Shown here one piece after another: positions 35,373-46,479 of a stretch of 64,000 nt of DNA (position 1 is the stretch's first letter; every line of letters begins with the position of its first letter). The translations under genes and the position numbers were made by a program. The notes under the pieces are model-generated. The model was not told the origin of the DNA. It did no database searches and saw only the letters and a list, made by a program, of their open reading frames with translations. Origin of the DNA: Paraspadella gotoi. Taxonomy: Eukaryota; Animalia; Chaetognatha. Location: contig CM119267.1 of the NCBI GenBank assembly GCA_051294375.1, positions 8,122,260-8,186,259 of the forward strand, in the 5' to 3' direction.

Positions 35373-35489
35373 CAGGATAATAATTATAATCCATTCTTAA
35401 AAAAATATTTTCAATAATTAATTTGAAAGAGTTTAAGCGACAAAATTGCTCAAATAATGTTAATATATTCGGCAGTTGCACAACGTCTA

Positions 35490-36680
35490 ACCATTTGCGA
35501 GCACGCGCCTGCTTCGGTCTGGCGTTGGCGCCTGGCCACCGACATTCCTCATTTTTCCCGCCATCTGCGAAATCGTCCTTCGGCTCTCTGGTTGAGCCGG
35601 CGCTCTCCGCCGCCTTACGGAACCGCCGTCGTTTCCGCTTCCGCCTCCCGCCCTTCGCCCAACGTCACCGACTCGGACCTCCTCCTCCAATGACGGTCCA
35701 ACGTCACGTCCGGTTCGCCTCCGCTGCTCTTTATCCTCCCCTTTTGTCTGCGGCAACCTCCTACCGCCTCGTCGACGCCTTTCTCCTGGCGTCAGTGGCC
35801 TGCATTCGCTCGTCCGTTATCGACTCGTCATCATCCGCCGTCCGTTCCTCGCGGTGGAACCATGAGGCAACCGCGGCGCCGGGTCGCTCTTCCCCCCTTT
35901 CGTGGCGGACGCGGGCGCGCTGGTGATCTCGAGTTGTTCCCGCCATTCGGCGCCAGTGCCGGTCCGCGTTTCCGGAATCGCAGCGCCGGGTCTGCGTGTT
36001 CGGGAATCGTGGGGTGTCTGCGTTAGCCCCGGGTCGTCTTTGGTTTTCTGTGACGATGCAGACGCCGGTTGGTGTTGCTTGTATGCTACGATTCCGTTGG
36101 CGGAAGAGGAAGATGAGGAGGAAGACGAAGAGGCTGAAGGAGAGCATGATGGGAAGGAGGAGGAGGAGGGAGGTAAGATAACAACATCTACACAACAACA
36201 AATAACGAATTAACCAAAAAAATAAACCGAGTTATTCAATCAAATCTCTTCACATATCACATTATCAATCTAATACAATCAATTTCACAATCAGATACAC
36301 GCATTAGGCATTGGACCCAATAATTGGCAAGCTGCTCTGCATGCCAAAATTCTCCATATCAAATTTGGGCAAACGTAGAAAAAAGACACAGGGAAACGGC
36401 GGCCTGATTCTCGATTCTAAAAAAAAAGTGCGGAAAAGTTATTGAGAATATAGTATTTAATATGTAAAAATGACAAAAAAGATCTTTTTGAAAAAAAAAT
36501 CTAAAGAGGTATTGTAACTCCAAGGAATTATTTAAAAAAATTTAGAAAACCCAGGAGAAATCTCAAATAATCGTGATCATCTTGTTCTCAACTTTCAGGA
36601 AATAATGTTGGAAATTGACCTGACGAAATCCTTACTGGACTTGTCTCCAACTCGTCTGCTGCCTCTTCCTCGACTTCTCT
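35490..36680 (+). pseudogene. Inverted partial second copy of DAGL (exon 1, intron 1, start of exon 2); probably alternate haplotype or noisy read rather than a real pseudogene
   Basis: Reverse complement of ~33700-34880 with many indels and a damaged ATG. Lies just after the 25-N gap at 35032-35056 and breaks off ~80 nt into exon 2. Confidence 0.75.
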
Positions 36681-37867
36681 TTTCATATGATGAAGTAATA
36701 GCAAACGAAACTGACAGCTTAAAAAATTATTTTTGAAACCACTCTGGTCTATCATGCAGGTTCCGAAGAACCAGCACAAATTGAACAAATAAACGAAAGA
36801 TCTTCACAACAAAATAGCATCGAAAATTTTGAGAATAATTCCTTTTTTTGTTTATTCAATTATATTGTATTATGGTAAATATTTTTAAAATAGACGAGTT
36901 CTAAAGAAAATTTTTTAATAAACAACTTGTTCGAGATCGAGCGCAGCTTTTTTTTTATCTCCTTCACGAACCTCACTCTCTCATTGGTCGAATTCTTCGG
37001 TCGAAGCAGAAATTGAATTAAGAAAAAAGAATTTGGGAAAGAAAAGCGAAACTATCAAAACATTCTCGAAAAGTAAAAAAAAAATTTTCTGCTTTTCGAC
37101 TCTTTAACTTTCCTAATGAGAATTAAGCGATAAATATCTGGTTTAGTGAACGGAATAATTCACGAATGTTGCGATTGAAGCATTGTGAGATTCTTTCTCA
37201 CGCTAGCGATATCGAGTTCGAGTTTCGCCCGTTTTGGATGTTTTAACGTGAGATTTCCGACAAGTAAATAAAACGACAAGAAATGAGTTTTAATTATTTT
37301 TTCTTTATTATGTTGATACGGAAACTCGTGAAAACAGAGTTTCCAAGCGGACGAATGAGTTACACGAATATTTTTATGGAACTAAAAAAGATTGGGAAAT
37401 TTCTCTCGACTTTGAGAAGAAACCATCTGAAAATTTAAGGTCAATTGGTCAAATATGAGGCAACATCTTTCACAAGCACGAAAGCATCGGGTAAACAAAA
37501 AAATTTTGAACGATCCATCTCTCTAAAATTATTCATTTAATTTTTTTTTATTACCAAATAGTAAAATATTAAAAAGATAAGACAGTTATTCATTTCATGA
37601 GCCCGACGTTTCATAGTCGTCATCGGTTTTGTTTATCCGCTTAGTTGCAAATTTTATCTGAGAGGATGAAATTTGCAATTCCTCCCAGTTCATGGATTTG
37701 AAAACAAAATGATGTCCAGTGAAAATTATACGATCTAATTTGTCGATTAGTTTTTTTGTTTTTGTGAGATAACTGTTGTTATAAAAACGAAAACGACCGT
37801 CTTAAAAAGAAAATGAAGGGCGAGGGGAGAATGAGCTAGAGAGACGGAGAGAGAGAGAGAGAGAGAG

Positions 37868-37938
<71 letters not shown>

Positions 37939-38966
37939 ATTTTTCAGAGGAAATTGAAGAAGAGCGGGAAAAATGCGTTTCCCTTCCCGCTGTTGACTTT
38001 TCGCTAAGTCCTCTCCTCTGTGAATTAGCGGCTGTTCATTTGTTCTTCCAGCCAACGACCTCTGGGTTGAAGGGGAGACGATGGTTTGTAGTCGTGGGAA
38101 GAAACGAGGTTGACGAGACTTTGAAAGGATACTACGATAGGTCCATCGGAGGTAAAGCGATTTAATGGGCGAGAAAGGTTTTTTCTTAGAATTTGACAGA
38201 TTGAAACTTGCGATTTGATTTGTGACATGATTTTTAATTTTTAACTTTATTTTCTGTCAGATTTTTTTCGATAATTCAAATTCCGGCTTCGAAATGGAAC
38301 GAGGAAAGAATTGACAAAACTTGTGAAACGAGGAAGAGGAGAGAAAAGTTTGTAGCGAAGGGAAGAGAGGGTGAAAAAAAAAGCTAATTGGGATAAGAGA
38401 TGGTGAAAGGAAAAAAGGGATATCTGATATGATAGAGAAATATAACCGGAGAGGGGGTTGGGGGAAAAAAAATCTAAACATAAGACAAGAGAAAGTTAAT
38501 TAAAAAAAGAGGGAGAAAAGAAAGAGAGGAGGGGAAAAGGGGAAAGAAAATTTGAGAAGGAGAGAAGGAGAGAAAAAGAAGAAACATTTTTTTTAATTTT
38601 AAATAACGAGAGGGAGAGAGAGGGGGGGGAGAAGGCGAGAAGAAGAGGGGATTTATGAGAGAATAGATGATTTGGAGACAGAGGGCGGGGGGAGAGTCGA
38701 AGAAAGGGAAAGACGAGCTTCCATCAATATTTGCATGAAGAGATGAAACAATCTATGTACGCGACGACGAGAGGCTGTGGAAAGAGGGCGTGTGTGGTTG
38801 AGGGGGAGGGGGGCGCGAAAGAGAAAACGCAACGAAACCAATTCCACTTTTTATGCGCGTATAAATCGCCTCAAATGAAGCGAGAGAGAAGAGGAAGAAA
38901 GGATGAAAAACGCCGGAGGGAGATGGGGGGGAGGGAGGGAGGGAGGGAGGAGAGAGGAGAGAGAGA

Positions 38967-39034
<68 letters not shown>

Positions 39035-39424
39035 GAAGAGAGAGAGCGAACGCGAATGAGAGATTGAGTGTAAATTAGTTTTGCAGATTTTTTTTTCCTC
39101 CTTTTTTTTTTCCATTCCGCTCATAATTTTTTTTTTTTCGAGTGAGTATTGATTATTTCCTTCCTTTTTATAAAAACTGCGCATAAGGTTTACAGTTCAT
39201 CTCGTGGCGACGTGAGTTTAATAACCAATGATTCGCGCCAATCTTACCAAACCTCGCGAAAAAGAAACGTCCTTCGCTTCGTTGGAAAAGAAAAAAAAAT
39301 AATCGTCACATCGGGCTAAGAGTGGCGTAAGAAAAAAGAAAAAAAAGAAAAGAGTTAAGATTAAAATCGTTCTAATCGTACATTAATTCGAATGCAAAAT
39401 ATATTAATATATATAGATTATTGA

Positions 39425-42400
39425 TTAGCTAACTAATTCGGCCTTATCCCCGTCTCCGTCGGACAAGGAGGACATGATGGCCTCGAAATGTCTCTTCCCG
39501 TCCAGAAACATCATGTATTCGGCGTAAGTCTTGGGCATCACTACAGGAACGCGTTCGTCTTGCTGCGTGGAGAAAGTGAAGTAGAAGATGTTGCTCGTTT
39601 CTGATTTCGCCTCCGTCGGTTGACTCACTTCCGCGTGAACTCTGATCTGCATGTAGGAGTTCTTTTTTTTTTTTTTGGAGGGGGGGGGGAGAATTTAGGA
39701 AAGTCAATCTTTCGTAAGGCTCGGATAAGTTATCAGTTGATAATATTAATATATTATAGTAGAGCATTTTTTATTTTTACTTAGAGACATTGTATTGAGA
39801 CTTCCTTAGCTTCGATTATAAATTTGTCAACAAACGATTTGTTTTTTTATTTGGGGAAAAAAGTACACGTTTCGACTCGTGTTGCGATCCTTCATAGTGA
39901 ATTTTTACTTAAAAATTGTGAGAGTTTAAAAAGTAGTTTTGCAAACTGATATTGTATATATGTCAGTTGGTTTCTTGTCTTGCCTTGTCTCCTGCCTCTC
40001 CAAACTGATACTGTATGTCAGTTGGTCTTTCGTCTTGTCTTGTCGTGTCTATTCTTGTCCCTAGCCTCTCCAAACTGATATTGTATGAAATTGGTACGAC
40101 CAATATAAAAATTATCCATTCATTTAATAAATAAGCTATTTTACCCCTGACTTTGGACAGGCTTTGGTGGTTTAAGGCCTCCATCACTCTTACTCTTAAT
40201 GTCGGTTGATCTCTCTTGTCTTATCTCTCGCCCAATTCCAAACCTTCGTGAAGACGATGACGCTGGAAAGGAAGAGGAGTGTGCCGATCTCGACGGGACG
40301 TTGGAAGACGATGTCGTCGATGGCGATCATGACCGGAAGCTTCTTCGCGTAGCGGACGGCGTTCGTCCACGCCAGCTCGAAGGCTTGACCCATCAAGTAA
40401 CCGCCGAATATTTTGTTGTATAGGTTACGGTTCTGAAAAAAAAAAATATTTGTTATTATTCTTCTGATTATTACGTTCTTCAGCGGCCATTGGTTCAGGA
40501 GGCAAGTCATTCCGGGGTTTTAGCCTGATGGCCACTTCGCAGTTAAAACGGACGGGGCGCTAAATCTGCCTGTAACATGGTGTTACAGCATGATTAGAAA
40601 CAAAGGGACTATTTATATTGAACGGTTCTGTCACAAACTCATAACAATTATTTCTGTCTTTTCTGTTAAATTTTCTCAGCAGAAATAAAAATCAAGAGCC
40701 AAAATTTGGTATTGCTGTGCAATTGTATTTGCGATGACTCGCTTGTGGATGGTTGATGAGGACGTTTTTGAGCATCGTCGAGTGCATCCAGACAGAATTC
40801 TCCGGTTTGTATCGAACGCTGAACATCTTCGACTTTTCGTCCATCGTTTCCAGGAACATCGAGTGGATGAGTCGCGATTCTTCGGCCGATGGTGACTCCT
40901 TATCCGAGAAATGGAAAAGTAATTGCTGTTGGTAAAATTACTGTCATCTTCGTCTTTGCTTTTTTGTATGCGCTCGTATTAAAACAGAGCTTTACTTCCT
41001 TCAACGTTAAAAATGACATTTAACCGTCCGATTCTTTCGAAACTTTCCATTTGCCTTACCTTGAACAGTGACTTAATTCCCTCTCTATGCCTCAAGATCT
41101 GTCGGCGCTCCCCCTCCAAGAAAATGAGTTCCTCGTCTTTGCCCTCGGGTCGAAGCGGCGCGACAAAGGCCGACCCTCGGTTGAAGGGATCACGCGCCAC
41201 CATAAGGAAACGCGCCTCTAGCGTCGTCTCGAATCTTTGCTTGGATGACTGTTGATCACAAGGGCGTCATCCCAATCCATCATCCTATTTCGATTCACAC
41301 TGCGCGGACCTACTTGCTGCTGTTGCTGCATTTGCATCGTCACTTCCATCGAGGACCGTCCGACCCACGAAACGTAACCGATGATTTTAATGTCCATATC
41401 GGAACGAATAGTTCTTCGCTTCAAGATGATTTCGTCTACCATTGCGGTGACAATCACTAGAGGAGACTTGTAATCATGGACTTCGTCTGTGAAGGAGGTT
41501 GTGAAATGTGAATGTTATAATGGTTCTAGAGAAAAGGTTTTATTACAACAACGATAATATTTTACAAATAAAATATACATTTTCGACTTGTTTCTTTTTA
41601 CGCGGCTGAAGACTTGTGTTGTAATAAAAATCGTAACAAAATAAGTTTCTCTAATCGCAAAACACAACGAAAAGAGAGGATACTAAACGATATATTGATT
41701 TTGAGGCGACTTACTACCGGTCTCTCTCTTTAAACCCTTTCTCTCTCCTCTTTCTCCGAGCCGGTCAATCCACAAGGTCCTTTTACCCTAGCTTTGGCAA
41801 TGAACTTAGATTGACCGGACACAGTAATAGGGCCGAGGAGACCGTAAGGTCAAGTTGGTCCGGGCGATGATAAAAGTGGATCAGGAGAGAGCTCGTCTTA
41901 CTCTTTTTCTACTTCTCTTACATCGTCACAATTCTCAACTTCTACTTACTTTTATTATTACTATTTTTACCGCCTTCTACAATTTCAAAATTAGTATTAA
42001 AAACAAGGAACGGCAGCTAGAAATTATAACAGACAATTCAATTAAATCAGTGGATAAGATAATCCACCTAACAACGCGACCCCATACTGCCTTACATACT
42101 CATTTTGTTGTGCATGTAAGCGACCCAAACGGCGAGCGTGTCCAAATCCTCCAAGATTTTCCCGAATCTCACGGAAAACATAAAGTTGATGTATTTTTCC
42201 CTGATTTTCTCGTCGGAGAGTCTGACCCAGGCCACTTGCAGTCCCTCCCCAAGCGTCTTGTCGTGCATGTCCCCTTGCGACTTGGACAACAGGCCCAAGA
42301 GCTTCTCCCGGTTGCCTTGATCTTCGGCAAAGTTCGTGGCTCCGACGATATCGGCCAAGCGACCCGTCAACTCCGCCATCTCGAAGGAGGGCGCGTTGGG

Positions 42401-42532
42401 CGGCGGAGAGAGAATGGGCGTGGCCTTGCGAGCTGGCGGTTCGTAGGGCGGAGGCTTGGAGCACAGCGTCCGGGCAAAGTCTTGGGCTACGTGTTTAGGA
42501 AGGAACGCGCGTGAAAAGATTCTCGTGGTCAT
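39425..42532 (-). CDS. ACOT9: Acyl-CoA thioesterase 9 (double hotdog fold, probably mitochondrial), 6 exons: 42532-42100, 41486-41314, 41248-41060, 40898-40743, 40432-40244, 39661-39425; ~458 aa
   Basis: Motifs REKYIN...VRFGKILEDLDTLA, SPLVIVTAMVDEI, GYVSWVGRSSMEV, FLMVARD, HPQ|NRNLYNKIFGGYLMGQAFELAW, DDIVFQRPVEIGTLLFLSS, YMQIRVHAEV, SNIFYFTF, VMPKTYAEYMMFLDGKRH. Exon lengths sum to 1377 nt in frame with no stops. Arg-rich, acid-poor N-terminus resembles a transit peptide. Confidence 0.95.
39942..40088. repeat. ~60-70 bp tandem repeat (about 2.3 units) in ACOT9 intron 5
   Basis: caaactgata(t/c)tgtat at 39942, 40000 and 40071, with tgtcagttggt and gcctctc repeated. Confidence 0.75.
40090..40182. 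repeat. Short dispersed repeat, second copy at 44639-44771
   Basis: attggtac..aattatc(c/t)attcatttaataaataagctat..cccctgactttg..acaggct..ggtt(t)aaggcctcc occurs at both loci. Confidence 0.8.
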
Positions 42533-42889
42533 TTTCGAAAATTAAGACGGATTCTTTTTTTTTTCGTAATGGGCGGTTCATTGAATATCGACTCGTATTA
42601 AGATCCTAATTTAGAACGTCATTACTTAACCAATTACCAAAGTAAAATAAGTTAATTAACTAAAAAAAAATGCTAAAATATAGATTCGATTGATAATAAA
42701 AAGCTGTGGCCAATACACCTTTACCGACGTAGAAGTTTCCGGCTGCAGATAACGACGACCCCCTGTCGATCCCTGCCACAGTTTTTTCGAAGCGGCGAAA
42801 ACGGCCACGTCGAAAAAAAGCGATTCGGGGGAAGAGACTGCATTTTATTGGGTTTTAAAAACCCAGAATTGGTCGCTCCTTTTTAATTC

Positions 42890-43142
42890 TTTATGGTAAC
42901 AGCCGGGTTGCCTGTGATGCCCATTGGGGTGGGGCGTCTCACTGTTGACTTCGGAGGCTTCCGACCCTCAGTGACGCCTCCAGTCACTGGCGCGGTTACC
43001 CTTCGACGGTCTCGCTTTGCCAACGCAGAGGGAAGTCGTTACGACTGTGGATGGAACACTACGCCTGGGATGGTGTGTTACCCCTCTGAGCCAATAGATT
43101 TGGATGTAGGACGTGAGGCGGTGTGAATATACCGCCACGTCT
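42890..43142 (-). mobile_element. ~250-bp structured dispersed repeat (SINE-like), copy B
   Basis: Collinear with 62685-62960 in opposite orientation (shared ccacagtcg, gacttccctct-cgttggcaaagcgaga-ccgtc, tgagggtcgg-agcct, acagtgaga, caatgggc). Terminal hairpin gacgtgaggcggtgtgaatataccgccacgtc. Confidence 0.75.
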
Positions 43143-44638
43143 TTTCGTTATTTGCTATTTTTAATTTTTTTTATAGTTTACAATAGCAATGATTTGTTCG
43201 TTGTGTTTGGATTCCGTTAGAGCATTAGTTTAATTAGCAGTTATTGACTTCGTTGTTAAATGTCATCACCGCCATAATAATGTATTTTTTTAATTGTTAT
43301 CTTAACATCTCTCCCCTTTTATTTTTCCCCGAATGATTGTCCCCGTTCCGTTATCTTCGTTTTATTTGTTTGCATCATGAATAACCAATGACAACAAACG
43401 TATTCGTGCGTCGTGCATCGTGACAAAGTTGCATCTTTATCTCCAAGTTAACTTCGTCATAGTAGTTTGAAAGTACACTACCTGCAGCCACTCGGATGCC
43501 ACATCTCTCCCTAGACAAAATACCAATCGTATGAAGGCCGTGACGCTGCGTCACGGATCTCAATAATAGCGCCGCCTCAAAGATATAAGGGATGCAGCAA
43601 CCTCACGTATGTAATTGGACAAACGGCGTTCGAGATCCCCGTCATCCTGAGACGGTCGCCGCGTGAAATCGACAAACGCCTTTTCATTTTCCCCGACGTC
43701 GATAAAAAACGTCGTAAACGAGTATTTTATGGCGCGAGATTCGATAAAATGAAATAAATAAAAAGAGAAAACTGTAAACGAGCGACGTTCTTTCTTCTTT
43801 GTCCATCGTCCTCGTCAGCCCGTAATTACGCGCCATGTTAATTCCTTTCGATCGGAAATTATTAAATTTATGCATGGCCGTGTTAATCTTTTTCGCCAAG
43901 AAACGCCGTTGGCTTTTCTCTCTTTCTGCTTTTCTTTTTTCTGTTTTTTTTTTCTTATCACCTCTTTCCTTTTTTTTTCCTTTGCCTCCCTTTCAAGACG
44001 CCCGAACTCGCTCTGTGAAAAGAGATTAAGATTAATTTTTGTCTCCTCGTTTTGTTCTCGTTTCTCGATTCTTTTAATACGGAATGTCATATCAGAGACC
44101 GGGAGAAAAAGTATTTGTTGGTTCATGTCTACTCCCCGCCGTGTTTCCGTTTATTTGTAAAGAAAGGGAAAATATGTGCATTGTGCGCGTGCAACTATTC
44201 TGTAGAACGCCACTTCAAGCATCCAATTATCAATCGACTGCGTGCGGCCTCCTAAAACGATTTTCAAACCAGACGCGAATCGAGAGCGCGCGTACATTTT
44301 TAATTCAACGATCAACTTATGAAAAGAGCCAATCAACTGCTTTTCTTTTTTCATTTCGCTTTTTTTTTCTCTCTAATTTTTTTTCCGGCTTATCTACTTG
44401 ATATTCTGTCTCCCTCCTTAGCTTGGATGCGGTCCAAGCCTTGTGGGCAAGACTGAGCAGTGAGCACGTCCTTAAATTAATATTCGGAATGATTTCATTT
44501 TTAAAACAGGCGCAATCTGTAATTAATTTGTTAATTTCAGGAAAAAAAGAAAAGAGTTTCACTATGGACGGCCAATTCATAAACTGGTTTTAAATTCAAA
44601 TAATTTAATTACTATAAAATTCTGTATAATTCTACCCA

Positions 44639-44771
44639 ATTGGTACAACAATAAAAACAATTATCTATTCATTTAATAAATAAGCTATCTTGCCCCTGAC
44701 TTTGAATGAATGAATGAATGAATGAATGAATGAATGAATGAATGAACAGGCTATCGTTGGTTAAGGCCTCC
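44639..44771. repeat. Copy of the 40090-40182 repeat interrupted by an (AATG)~10 microsatellite
   Basis: Direct comparison; the (AATG)n tract at ~44704-44746 is absent from the other copy. Confidence 0.8.
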
Positions 44772-45313
44772 CTACACAAAGTCCAAGATAATAACAATAT
44801 TAACATGCAGGACCCTACAAGCTTTTAATCAAGTCTCTCTCACAGTCTCGTTTATTCACTCCCGGAGTTCCTGGCTTCCCTATTAGTATCAATGAACTGA
44901 TATGATGATTCAATTTTTCAATTTGATAAAAAAGTCGTATTTCAGAATTCACTTTGGTACTGAATGTCACAGAATATGAGCACTGAGCGTGAGCCGTGAG
45001 CACGTGAAAAGAAGATGTTAACTTTTTATTGCAAATATCTACTGAATTCGTCTACATTACCTGGGTTCCTACCGGTGAAAATATTAAAATTAAAAGCTAG
45101 TGGCGTCCCAACAGCTCGCACGTCAGGCTTGTGTGTTCCTTTGTTTCCGCGGGTTTGATACAAAAGCGACATCTCTCGCCAGTGAAAAATGGAGAGGATT
45201 GAAAGGGAGATAAATAGAGAAAAAGGAGGAGAAAGTAAGTAAACCCTGCGCGGCGAGGGAACATCGCAAAGGAGAGGGAAAAAAAGGACGATAAACGAGA
45301 AGATGAGAGACGA

Positions 45314-45393
<80 letters not shown>

Positions 45394-45674
45394 TACTTTG
45401 TTGTTCGTGTTCAATTCATCGTTATTAAACTAAAGCAACCCTATTTTTACGTATGTTTTTTGTTTGTCTACCGAAGTATCGAATCTGTGCTATCTCCGGT
45501 ATCGGACCATCGCTATCGGGTTTCGGAATGACACTGACTCACCATGTCGCCCCCTTTTTTTTCTCTTGTCATCGTCGTCGCTATCGTCGCTATCGTCGTC
45601 GTCATCCCGGCTCTTTTGTTTACTGGATTAAGCCCCCGCTTCCTGGCACGGCCCAAAACGAAATCTCGGATCGA

Positions 45675-45740
45675 AAGGGAAGCGGAAGTGAGAGACGCTA
45701 GGAGACGCCGGAAGTGACGTTTATATATTCATTGGATGTC
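45675..45740. promoter_or_regulatory. Promoter-like motif cluster: two ETS sites, ETS-CRE composite, TATA-like, reverse CCAAT
   Basis: gcggaagtg (45683), ccggaagtgacgt (45708-45720), tttatata, cattgg. Confidence 0.45.
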
Positions 45741-46287
45741 GTCGCTGGTTGTCTCCTAAGTAGCGTTTAATGAATTAATTAAATTAAATATAAATAGGAC
45801 ATAAAAAGATACTCAGTATCGAAAACAAAAGATTGGGGGGATGAAATATTGTTATAAATAAAGTTCGTTGGCAGAATATAGTTTATAAAACAAATATTTA
45901 TGATTATAAAACCAATTTTTCACTCTAAAAAGGGCAATTTTGTATTTTATACTTACTTTTCAGCACTAGTGAAAGATAAAATACGTCAAATATACAAATA
46001 TTATATAAATATATATAAAAAATATATGTATATATATATATAAATCGTTGATAAAAAAAAAAATCGTTATTTTCATTGCATTGACGAAGACTTAAAAACA
46101 TTGATTTTTTTTCTCAAAAATTCTATATTTCTTTCCACTTACTTGTTTCCACCCAACGGCTTCCAATATCGCTCTCCGATCTCCATCTTTCCTCTTTTCT
46201 CAAATCGTCACCCCGCGTTCCTTTTTTTCCCTTTTGTCCCCAGACGCCTTTTTCCTTCCTGTCGAGCATTTCTGATTCCAGATTTCC

Positions 46288-46322
<35 letters not shown>

Positions 46323-46407
46323 ATTTTTCTTCCTCTTTCTTCCTCCCTTCCTCCTGATCTTCCTCCTCGTCCCGATCTACCATTTCTAGATCTAGATCCA
46401 TTCTCAC

Positions 46408-46479
<72 letters not shown>

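Noticed and set aside
33700-36680. Giant palindrome or head-to-head DAGL duplication producing hairpin RNA
   Set aside because: Centred on a 25-N gap, with one arm full of random indels and truncated mid-exon. Best explained as a misplaced allele read.
41855-42514. 219-aa plus-strand ORF and other ORFs overlapping ACOT9/DAGL exons
   Set aside because: Antisense or shifted shadows of GC-rich coding exons.
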